From a virus (Duplodnaviria > Caudoviricetes), in the IMG/VR virus record IMGVR_UViG_3300020044_006004, positions 1 through 29,090 of that record: 29,090 nucleotides of DNA; one strand, given 5' to 3'. The notes beneath the pieces were generated by a model, which had not been told where the DNA came from, did no database searches, and saw nothing but the letters and a program-made list of their open reading frames with translations. Positions 8,163-15,966 of this stretch are shown piece by piece. How positions within the stretch are numbered: position 1 is the first letter of the stretch; each line of letters opens with the position of its first letter. The translations under genes and the position numbers were made by a program.

Positions 8163-8348
8163 ATGAAAGAATTTTTACTATCCAGACTGCGTGAACCTTC
8201 AAGCTGGAGAGCAGCGATCTGGGTGGCAACGTCATTTGGACTCGTTGCATTTAAAGGTGAGCAAGCTGAAGCCATTATCGCATTGGGTATGGCGCTTAGT
8301 GGTGCTGTTGGTATGGCTACTCCTGACAAGTTGCGCAGTGACAAATAA
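8163..8348 (+). CDS. Putative holin (two hydrophobic segments); alternative start 8151
   Basis: GAGGT RBS; RLREPSSWR motif, two hydrophobic stretches, charged C-terminus PDKLRSDK. Confidence 0.6.
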   Translation: MKEFLLSRLREPSSWRAAIWVATSFGLVAFKGEQAEAIIALGMALSGAVGMATPDKLRSDK

Positions 8349-8439
8349 CTGCGAATTAATGCCTAGCGTTATTAATCCGATAGGTTACACAAATCAAACA
8401 ATAGACGGTGGGAAAGCTGTCTTAACCTGTGCATTTTGA
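8257..8439 (+). CDS. Small lipoprotein overlapping the holin gene (o-spanin-like)
   Basis: GTG 8257 gives MSKLKPLSHWVWRLVVLLVWLLLTS-C lipobox (Cys codon 8332); stop abuts next ATG at 8441; start uncertain. Confidence 0.5.
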   Translation: MSKLKPLSHWVWRLVVLLVWLLLTSCAVTNNCELMPSVINPIGYTNQTIDGGKAVLTCAF

Positions 8440-8440
8440 T

Positions 8441-8677
8441 ATGAATATAAAATCAGCGGTAGTCAGTAATCTATCAAAGCTCTTGCTAGGTAGCAAACTG
8501 TGGTCAGATGCCAGGCATTTAGTTTCCACGATTGAAACAAATAACAAGATGACCGGCAGTGAAAAACGTGCCTCGGTCTTTTACGATCTTCAAATCTTAG
8601 CAGGCGATGTCAGTGCTGTACTCATCAACTGTGCCATCGAGTTAGCCTTGTTATGGCTTAGGGGGGTTGCAGTATGA
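8441..8677 (+). CDS. Hypothetical protein, possibly lysis-associated
   Basis: TGSEKR..V and LINCAIELAL amphipathic pattern; ATGA overlap with next gene. Confidence 0.55.
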   Translation: MNIKSAVVSNLSKLLLGSKLWSDARHLVSTIETNNKMTGSEKRASVFYDLQILAGDVSAVLINCAIELALLWLRGVAV

Positions 8678-8877
8678 TTGATCCCGATATCCTAATGACC
8701 ATCATCGGTATTCTAGTTGCGGCTTTAGCGGCTGTTATAGGTTGGATAGGCACACGTATCCATGATCGATTAGAGGAAATAAATACCACGTTAAGCAATA
8801 TTGAGCGTGATTTAAGACATGACGTAGCCAAGCTAGATACCCGTCTATCCGTTGTTGAGGCAATAGTACACAAATGA
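8674..8877 (+). CDS. Membrane-anchored coiled-coil protein
   Basis: N-terminal TM (ILMTIIGILVAALAAVIGWIG) followed by heptad-like tail; AGGGGG RBS; ATGA overlaps on both sides. Confidence 0.7.
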   Translation: MIDPDILMTIIGILVAALAAVIGWIGTRIHDRLEEINTTLSNIERDLRHDVAKLDTRLSVVEAIVHK

Positions 8878-11177
8878 CCATTCAAAACACGACTATTCGT
8901 AAAGCAGGACCCAGCCAAGGTAATGGAGTAACAACGGTATTCCCGTTTACTTTCAAGGTATTTACTACCGCTGATATTTTAGTTACTTATCTTGATGCTT
9001 CCAGCGTTGAATCAGTCTTAGTCTTAACGACAAATTACACTGTATCACTTAACGCAGATCAGAACACTTCACCAGGCGGCTCAGTCACTTTATTAGTGGC
9101 TCCGGCAACAGGTACTTACATTACGCTAACATCGCAAGTTGCCAATACGCAAACACTAGCTTTAACCAACTCAGGTGGTTTTTATCCGGAGTCTATCAAC
9201 AATGCCTTAGATAGGACGGTTATTGAGATACAGCAATTAGCAGAGCAGGCAAGTCGGTCTATTACGATTCCTAAAAGCTCTACTGCAAGTCCATTATTGC
9301 CTATTCCGACTCCATTAAACGTGTTGGCTTGGAATCTTGATGGTACAGCAATAACAAATGTAAGCCTTGAATCATCATCTAATCTAAGCTCTTATAAAGC
9401 AACTGGCACAGGCGCAGTCACTCGTACTGTAGCATCTAAGCTAAACGATGTTGTATCAATATTTGATTTTTTTACTTCTACACAAATAACATCAGTTGAA
9501 GCTTACGATTCTGTAGAAGATGTAACTGTTCCTATTCAAACAGCATTGGATCTGGGGATACCCTTATCCTTTCCTTGTGGGTTATACAAAATAACATCAG
9601 GGTTACAACTTAAAAATGGATCTAAAATTTTAGGTTCTGGCACATGGAGTGGAAATGACACTGAGGCTTTTTCTTTACCATTACCTTTACCATTAGAAAC
9701 TGTTGGCACAACTGTCATCAAATATGCAGGTGTTGCGGGTGCTAATGTTGCAATTATTAATGCTTCTGCTGAAGCTGTAGGTACAGAACCAAGCCAAACA
9801 AATCCAAGTTTATCAAATTACCGAAACTTATCCAATGTTGCGTGTACAAACTTAATTTTAGATGGTAATAGTTTAGCGGGTATCGGTCTTTATATTGCAA
9901 GAGGTTTGACAAATAATAATTTTGATTTTGTTACTGTCACAAAAACTACAGAACACGGGTTTTTAGTATTAATTAGTTGGCAAGGTAATGTACGGAATTG
10001 GTTTGCCGTACTGAATCAAAAATGTGGAATAACTTTGGGTAAAAATGTTTTCGGATGGGCAAGTAACAATGTTACAGTCGATGAGTGTATTTTTTCAGGG
10101 CTTTCCGCAATGTATAGTGGCACTAACGCTAGTAGAGTGAAATTAAACCAATTTAACGAAACAACAGGATATGATTTAGAATACGGTATAGGGTTTTATC
10201 AAGGTAGAGCAAATTTATTTCTAAGCACTAATACCGCAAAAAATGGTGGGGCAGGACTTTATCTAAATGTGGATAGATGGCCTAATAAGTTTTTATCTAT
10301 ATATTCTGAATTGAACTGCTTATCAACAAATGCAACAACTGACAAATACGGCATTTGGTTTCAAGGGTATACTGGACATGTGTCAAGACATGTTCACTTT
10401 GAAAACATATATTTTGGATCTGGTGCGGCGACTACTGACGGTATAAGATTGGCAGGTGAATCTCCTTCAAGGCAAGGAGAAGATGCGGTTACTTTTATAA
10501 ATGTCCCTATTTTGTATCATCTAAAAGCTGATTGGAATAATTATATATTAGCTCAGGTTAGTAGTGATGTGTCAATAACGGGTGTTGGTCCGTACTCATC
10601 CCCACCAGCCCAATTTCCAGCCAATATTGGTATTGGCGGTGTTGCTGCCGCTATAATGAATATCGCTATTCCAACAGAAATAACAGGAGGAACAACTGCC
10701 TACGGTATTCTACACAATGGCGCAGTACAGCAAGACGTTACTGCAACCGCTTATTATTTTAGAGCAACAAATACAGTTGCTGCCTCTACAACATTAACAA
10801 CATTAAACAGTTTTACCGCAACGCAAGGCACATTTGACACTGGTGTTACAGTTGGTACGCAAACTGGGTTTTTTGCAAATTCGGCTTTAGCTAGTGCAAC
10901 TAATAATTATGGGTTTAGAGGTAGTCTAGTTGCTAGTGGTACTTCGCGTTACAACCTTTATATGGATGGTACTGCGCCAAACTATTTTAAAGGAAACACT
11001 TATACAGAAGCTGGAACGACTACCATGACCAGTGGTTTTTTCTATATACCTTCGGCGGGAGGGACTCCCACAGGCGTTCCAACAACAATCACAGGACATG
11101 CGCCTATGTATTATGACACGACTAACAATAAATTTTATATTTATAACGGTGGATGGAAAAGTGTGGTATTAGCATGA
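8874..11177 (+). CDS. Tailspike / tail fibre with probable beta-helix depolymerase domain
   Basis: T7-like anchor (GNGVTTVFPFTFKVF...FYPESINNALDR..IQQL), neck GTGAVTRTVASKLNDVVSIFDF, pectate-lyase-like start 'IQTALD...FPCGLYKIT', Asn/Gly-rich body. Confidence 0.88.
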   Translation: MTIQNTTIRKAGPSQGNGVTTVFPFTFKVFTTADILVTYLDASSVESVLVLTTNYTVSLNADQNTSPGGSVTLLVAPATGTYITLTSQVANTQTLALTNSGGFYPESINNALDRTVIEIQQLAEQASRSITIPKSSTASPLLPIPTPLNVLAWNLDGTAITNVSLESSSNLSSYKATGTGAVTRTVASKLNDVVSIFDFFTSTQITSVEAYDSVEDVTVPIQTALDLGIPLSFPCGLYKITSGLQLKNGSKILGSGTWSGNDTEAFSLPLPLPLETVGTTVIKYAGVAGANVAIINASAEAVGTEPSQTNPSLSNYRNLSNVACTNLILDGNSLAGIGLYIARGLTNNNFDFVTVTKTTEHGFLVLISWQGNVRNWFAVLNQKCGITLGKNVFGWASNNVTVDECIFSGLSAMYSGTNASRVKLNQFNETTGYDLEYGIGFYQGRANLFLSTNTAKNGGAGLYLNVDRWPNKFLSIYSELNCLSTNATTDKYGIWFQGYTGHVSRHVHFENIYFGSGAATTDGIRLAGESPSRQGEDAVTFINVPILYHLKADWNNYILAQVSSDVSITGVGPYSSPPAQFPANIGIGGVAAAIMNIAIPTEITGGTTAYGILHNGAVQQDVTATAYYFRATNTVAASTTLTTLNSFTATQGTFDTGVTVGTQTGFFANSALASATNNYGFRGSLVASGTSRYNLYMDGTAPNYFKGNTYTEAGTTTMTSGFFYIPSAGGTPTGVPTTITGHAPMYYDTTNNKFYIYNGGWKSVVLA

Positions 11178-11306
11178 TTTTAGACTCCTTTGACCTCATG
11201 CCAAGCGATTGCGTCTTAACTGACTATAAAGATAAGCATCATTGTGAAAATCCTATTTGCGCAATCTTTTTATATTTTATAAACGTATTTAAACAGGACA
11301 AAAATA

Positions 11307-11477
11307 ATGGCTAAACAAAGTAACACAAAAAAAGCAATCGACTCATCAAACCCTAAGCCTGTACCTGTGCCTAACAGTTCAGGTTATCCTCAAAAAGACA
11401 TTAAAACCACTGGTATTAAAATACGAGGCACAGGTGCTGCTACAAAAGGCACAATGGCTCGCGGTCCGATGGCATAA
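11307..11477 (+). CDS. 56-aa basic peptide ending KTTGIKIRGTGAATKGTMARGPMA (not in ORF track)
   Basis: CAGGA RBS, ATG 11307, TAA 11475-11477; RGxGAAxKG motif recalled from small phage proteins. Confidence 0.75.
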   Translation: MAKQSNTKKAIDSSNPKPVPVPNSSGYPQKDIKTTGIKIRGTGAATKGTMARGPMA

Positions 11478-11480
11478 ACA

Positions 11481-11666
11481 ATGAAAATAAATTGGTCAGA
11501 AGCTTCAACTAAACGAGGTATTATCTGGGTTGCAACTGCTGTTGCCCGTTGTATAGCTACAAATGGCTCTAAAACTACATCAGGCACATTAGACCGCCTT
11601 CGCATAACCACAGTCAACGGCACAGACACTTTCGATGCTGGCTCTATTAACATAATGTACGAGTAG
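11481..11666 (+). pseudogene. Chimeric remnant: holin-like N-terminus fused to a tail-fibre-like C-terminus
   Basis: EASTKRGIIWVAT matches EPSSWRAAIWVAT of the 8163 ORF; ends SGTLDRLRITTVNGTDTFDAGSINIMYE, a fibre-tip-like beta sequence. Confidence 0.55.
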
Positions 11667-11674
11667 GATAACCC

Positions 11675-12376
11675 ATGAGTTCAGACGTCGATATTTGTAA
11701 TCTTGCGCTGGCTAGGTTAGGTGATGAAGCTAATATAGTTAGTATCTCGCCACCCGATCAATCAGCACAAGCAGGCTATTGCGCTCGGTTCTATCCGATG
11801 TCTTTGTCGGCCGTACTGGATGAACATAACTGGGGTTTTAATAGTAAACTTGTTGTGCTGGCATTAACGACTAACCCATCGAGTCTATGGGATTACTGTT
11901 ACGAAGTACCTAGCGACATGATTAACGTCATTGCTTTGTATGATTCAACAGCGGTGGGTGATGTCAATTACGGTGGTTTCCCAAGTAATGCCACGACCAG
12001 TAGTATCTATGGCGATGGCAGTAAAGCCAGTTATCTTAATCGCTTGGCGACACACGGTAATCAGCAGGATTATTCAGTTGAATCTGATACTGACGGTAAT
12101 ATTGTTCTCTATGCTAACCAAGAGAATGCCATGCTTAAATACTCGGCTTACACAACAAATACAGCCGTATTTCCCCCCTCATTCATTGATGCATTAGCAT
12201 GGAAACTTGCGAGTAACTTAGCCGGTATTATGCTAAAAGGTGATATTGGTGTAGCTGCGTCAATGAAATGTATGCAGGCTTATGCAATGGCACTGAAAGC
12301 CGCCAAGGATTCTGATTCACAAAACAGAAAAGTATTTCCGATTCCAGCACCAGCGGGGATAGCAGCACGTGCCTAA
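11675..12376 (+). CDS. Tail adaptor (tail tubular protein A-like)
   Basis: S.VDICNLALARLG, W.F, Y..P.D, F.DALAWKLA motifs; AGGA RBS. Confidence 0.88.
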   Translation: MSSDVDICNLALARLGDEANIVSISPPDQSAQAGYCARFYPMSLSAVLDEHNWGFNSKLVVLALTTNPSSLWDYCYEVPSDMINVIALYDSTAVGDVNYGGFPSNATTSSIYGDGSKASYLNRLATHGNQQDYSVESDTDGNIVLYANQENAMLKYSAYTTNTAVFPPSFIDALAWKLASNLAGIMLKGDIGVAASMKCMQAYAMALKAAKDSDSQNRKVFPIPAPAGIAARA

Positions 12377-14429
12377 TGTTAGAGTCTTAAAGAGTAGCTT
12401 TAGTGGCGGTGAAATATCCCGTGAACTGTTTGGGCGGCTTGATATCTCTAAGGTTCAGTCAGGTTTAGATACTTGTCGTAATTTTATTGTAATGCCACAT
12501 GGCGTCGCGTCTAATCGCCCAGGCTTTCAGTACGTCAATGAAGTTAAAAACTCAGCTAACTTTACTCGGCTGATGCAGTTCTCCTTTTCAAATACGCAGA
12601 CGTTTGTTATTGAAATGGGGGCTGGCTATTTTCGCTTTCATTATCAAGGCGCAACGTTGATGAGTGGAGGTGTTCCTTATGAAGTGGCTAATACTTATGC
12701 TCAAGATGATTTAGTAGGGATTAAATACGTACAGTCAGGTGATGTCATTACGATAGTTCACCCTAATTACCCACCAAAAGAACTCAAACGCATATCAAAC
12801 CTTAATTGGACGCTGACAACGATATCCTTTGCTTCACAAACAGTTGCTCCAACAGGCGTATCTGTAACTGCTACAAGGCCTACAACCGGTGTTACCCAGA
12901 CTTTTAAGTATGTGATTACCGCTTTAAATAGTTTAGGCTATGAAGAGTCACCGGCATCAGCGGTATCCAATACGGTAAGCAACGATTTAACTATATCCGG
13001 TAACTACAACACCATCACTTGGAGTGCAGTCAGTGGTTCCATTTGTTATAACGTCTATAAGTATGCCTCAGGCACCTATGCTTATATCGGCCAGACATCC
13101 GGCTTGACATTAACAGATGATAATATCCTTGCTGATTTAACCAAAACGCTACCGATCACTGACACTATTTTTGCTTCTGCTAATAACTATCCGTCATCGG
13201 TTTGTTATTATCAACAAAGACGTTTCTTTGCTGGCACTAATAATCAACCACAAAACATTTGGTCCACGCAGTCATCGTCTGATTATAACATTGCTTATTC
13301 TATCCCTAGCCAAAGTAGTGATGCTCTTCGGTTTAAGATAGCGGCACAGAAAGCCAATGCCATTCGTCATTTAATGCCTAACCAATCTGACTTGTTGGTA
13401 TTAACAGCATCAACAGAATGGAGTGTAGCGGCTGACTCTGGCAGTGCGCTGACAGCATCGACTTTAAACATTAAGACACAAACACAAAATGGTACATCTA
13501 CGGTTGCACCGGTGTTTGTGAATAAATACATTTTGTATCCACAAGCACAAGGCGGGCATATTGGTGAGATGTCTTACTCGTGGCAAAGCTCTGGCTATGT
13601 CAGTAATGATTTGTGCTTATTAGCACCGCATTTATTTGATACGACCACTATTTCTGACTTTATTTTATCGAGAGCGCCTGTACCGGTTATCTGGGTGATA
13701 AACAGCGCTGGGGCTTTATTAGGGCTTACTTATGTGCCTGAGCAACAAGTCTCGGCATGGCACAAGCATGATACGACCAATGGCCTATTTGAATCTTGTG
13801 TGACCACCTCAGAGAACAATGCTGACGTACTGTATGTCATTGTTAAGCGCACCATCAATGGCGTCACTAAGCGTTATATTGAAATGCTGCATACACGGTT
13901 TTTTACCGATCCAGAAGATGCTTTCTTTGTTGATTGTGGCTTAACTTACAGTGGCGTATCAACGACTACTATCTCTGGTCTGGGGCATTTGGAAGGACAA
14001 ACCGTCGCTATCTTGGGCGATGGTGCTGTGATGCCTCAACAAGTCGTGACCGGTGGTACTATTACTCTGCCATTTGCAGTCACCAAGGCACAGATAGGAT
14101 TGCCGATTACTGCGGACTTAGCAACCACTCCGGTAGCAATAACAGGTGATGCAACATTAGGTCAGTCCCGAATCAAGAACATTAACAAGATTTGGGTACG
14201 CGTTTACAATTCAGGTGGTTTTAGTGCAGGACCGGATACGGCACATTTAACACCGGTCAAGACTCGGCATTATGAAACACCTGGCACAGCACCGGATTTA
14301 ATTACCGATGAAATACCCTTATTTGTGACCTCGCAATTTAATCCATCAGGACGGGTAACAATACGTCAATCCGATCCACTGCCTTTAACGATTGTGGATA
14401 TTACCACTGAGGTAGCTGTTGGCGGTTAA
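12369..14429 (+). CDS. Tail nozzle / stabilisation protein (tail tubular protein B-like)
   Basis: SFSGGEIS..LFGR.D, NF...PHG...RPG, YP..V.YYQQR.FF, AWH.H, Q.DPLPLTI motifs; GTG start. Confidence 0.92.
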   Translation: MPNVRVLKSSFSGGEISRELFGRLDISKVQSGLDTCRNFIVMPHGVASNRPGFQYVNEVKNSANFTRLMQFSFSNTQTFVIEMGAGYFRFHYQGATLMSGGVPYEVANTYAQDDLVGIKYVQSGDVITIVHPNYPPKELKRISNLNWTLTTISFASQTVAPTGVSVTATRPTTGVTQTFKYVITALNSLGYEESPASAVSNTVSNDLTISGNYNTITWSAVSGSICYNVYKYASGTYAYIGQTSGLTLTDDNILADLTKTLPITDTIFASANNYPSSVCYYQQRRFFAGTNNQPQNIWSTQSSSDYNIAYSIPSQSSDALRFKIAAQKANAIRHLMPNQSDLLVLTASTEWSVAADSGSALTASTLNIKTQTQNGTSTVAPVFVNKYILYPQAQGGHIGEMSYSWQSSGYVSNDLCLLAPHLFDTTTISDFILSRAPVPVIWVINSAGALLGLTYVPEQQVSAWHKHDTTNGLFESCVTTSENNADVLYVIVKRTINGVTKRYIEMLHTRFFTDPEDAFFVDCGLTYSGVSTTTISGLGHLEGQTVAILGDGAVMPQQVVTGGTITLPFAVTKAQIGLPITADLATTPVAITGDATLGQSRIKNINKIWVRVYNSGGFSAGPDTAHLTPVKTRHYETPGTAPDLITDEIPLFVTSQFNPSGRVTIRQSDPLPLTIVDITTEVAVGG

Positions 14430-14895
14430 AGTTACCAAGCGCTTTCCTACCTATGACGATATGGTTAATCTGGCTGAGAACCTGCGTCAGGTTGATATTG
14501 ATGAGATTGAAGCAGTACATGATTTAGAGATACTGCCTTGCATAGAATATTCAGTAAGAAGTGCTGCGAAAGGGTATTGCTTTTCGGTTTTTGCCGATGA
14601 CATCCTTGTTGGCATTTATGGTTGCTCGGTAGTTGGCAATCCTTGGTTACTTGCTACCAATGAAATGAATCATCACGTAATAAATTTGACCCGTCGTACC
14701 AAGCATATCGTGCGGATGATGTCCAAACGATGGCCTATATTGTCTAACATAGTTGATGTCAGAAACAAAATGACGATCCGCTGGCTTAAGACGATAGGTT
14801 TTACATTTGAAGAAACCATTGAGATCAAGCCAGGATTCCCTGTAATACGCTTTGAAATGGTGCGTGATGAACGAACTCTCCCAGATACTACCTGA
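14419..14895 (+). CDS. GNAT-like internal virion protein A (T7 gp13-like)
   Basis: LR..D..E, PWLL.T, L.N.VD.RN...IRWLK.IGF motifs; follows nozzle. Confidence 0.8.
   Translation: MAVKVTKRFPTYDDMVNLAENLRQVDIDEIEAVHDLEILPCIEYSVRSAAKGYCFSVFADDILVGIYGCSVVGNPWLLATNEMNHHVINLTRRTKHIVRMMSKRWPILSNIVDVRNKMTIRWLKTIGFTFEETIEIKPGFPVIRFEMVRDERTLPDTT
14710..14741 (+). promoter_or_regulatory. Putative phage late promoter, copy 4 (internal, upstream of cupin/ejection genes)
   Basis: GTGCGGATGAT-N15-TATATT inside the GNAT-like gene. Confidence 0.65.
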
Positions 14896-15331
14896 CTCGC
14901 TCGAGGTTAAGTCGAAACAAGTTGCTATTGAAGATATCCTCGCATTAGAAAACGAAATACTCAAACACCCTCAAGTTGAACTCCCTTTAACGCATGACTT
15001 CATCAATGGAATCTATGCGCGTTCCATGTTTATTCCAGCCGGAACCGTTTTAACAGGCGCAGTTCATGCCTTTGATTGTTTCTCTGTTATGCGCTATGGC
15101 GATCTGATTATTTATACCGAAGATGGCATGAGAGAAGTTCATGCGGGCGATATGATTCCTTCAGGAGCTGGCATCAAAAGAGCAGGCTATGCACTAACAG
15201 ATACCTTGATTACTGGCTTTATGGCTAACCCGACTAACGAAACCGATCTTGATAAGCTCTGGGAGATGTACACCAAGCCTAATGAGACTGTTCTTAAACA
15301 TGAGTCTACTGAATTACTGGAGAAGCATTAA
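14867..15331 (+). CDS. Cupin-fold phage protein
   Basis: PQV...H.F..GIYAR...IPAG..LTG.VH and S.AG.KRAGYA..DT pattern; probable start ATG 14867. Confidence 0.75.
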   Translation: MNELSQILPDSLEVKSKQVAIEDILALENEILKHPQVELPLTHDFINGIYARSMFIPAGTVLTGAVHAFDCFSVMRYGDLIIYTEDGMREVHAGDMIPSGAGIKRAGYALTDTLITGFMANPTNETDLDKLWEMYTKPNETVLKHESTELLEKH

Positions 15332-15966
15332 TGTTTGGACTTTCTGCCACAGCATTTGCATTAGTTTCTGTAGCTGTCGTTTCTTCTGTTGCATCGGCTG
15401 CTATGCAAGGAGTGCAATCAGCACAAAATGCAGATGCAGCTAAACAAGCCGCAGACTACAACGCTCAAGTTGCTAACAATAATGCCACCATAGCCAGTCA
15501 GCAACGTTCATCAGCTTTACAGCAAGGCGAGGTTGAGTCTCAAAATGCCATGCGCAAACAAGCTCAGATGATTGGCGATCAACGTGCAGAGATGTCAGCG
15601 AATGGCATTGATATAACGCAAGGCTCTGCTCAAGACATTCTTGCTTCAACTAAGTTCTTAGGTGGCATCGATGTTAATACTATTCAATCTAATGCGGCTC
15701 GGCAGGCATGGGGTTATGAGGTGCAAGGCATGAATGATAAATCAGCCGCTAATCTGGAAACATGGAAAGCCAATAGTATTAATCCTAGTCAGATTGGTGC
15801 TATGGCCGCTGGATCGTCACTATTAAGCTCTATTGGTAGCGCGGCTTCATCTTATGCTGGTAGTAAAGGCGGAGGTGGTGGAGGTAAATCTGGCACGGTA
15901 AGTGGTGGCGTTAAATTTGGATCAAATACCGGTGGTGGCACTGGTGGTGGATGGCCAACAAAATGA
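15331..15966 (+). CDS. Ejection (internal virion) protein, T7 gp14-like
   Basis: Hydrophobic N-terminus, Ala/Gln-rich coiled coil, G.QRA..SANGID...GSA motif, Gly-rich tail. Confidence 0.8.
   Translation: MFGLSATAFALVSVAVVSSVASAAMQGVQSAQNADAAKQAADYNAQVANNNATIASQQRSSALQQGEVESQNAMRKQAQMIGDQRAEMSANGIDITQGSAQDILASTKFLGGIDVNTIQSNAARQAWGYEVQGMNDKSAANLETWKANSINPSQIGAMAAGSSLLSSIGSAASSYAGSKGGGGGGKSGTVSGGVKFGSNTGGGTGGGWPTK

Noticed and set aside
11174-11314. 46-aa ORF MILDSFDLMPSDCV... overlapping the tailspike stop
   Set aside because: No recognisable motif and it runs through an AT-rich intergenic-looking tract; possible but unsupported
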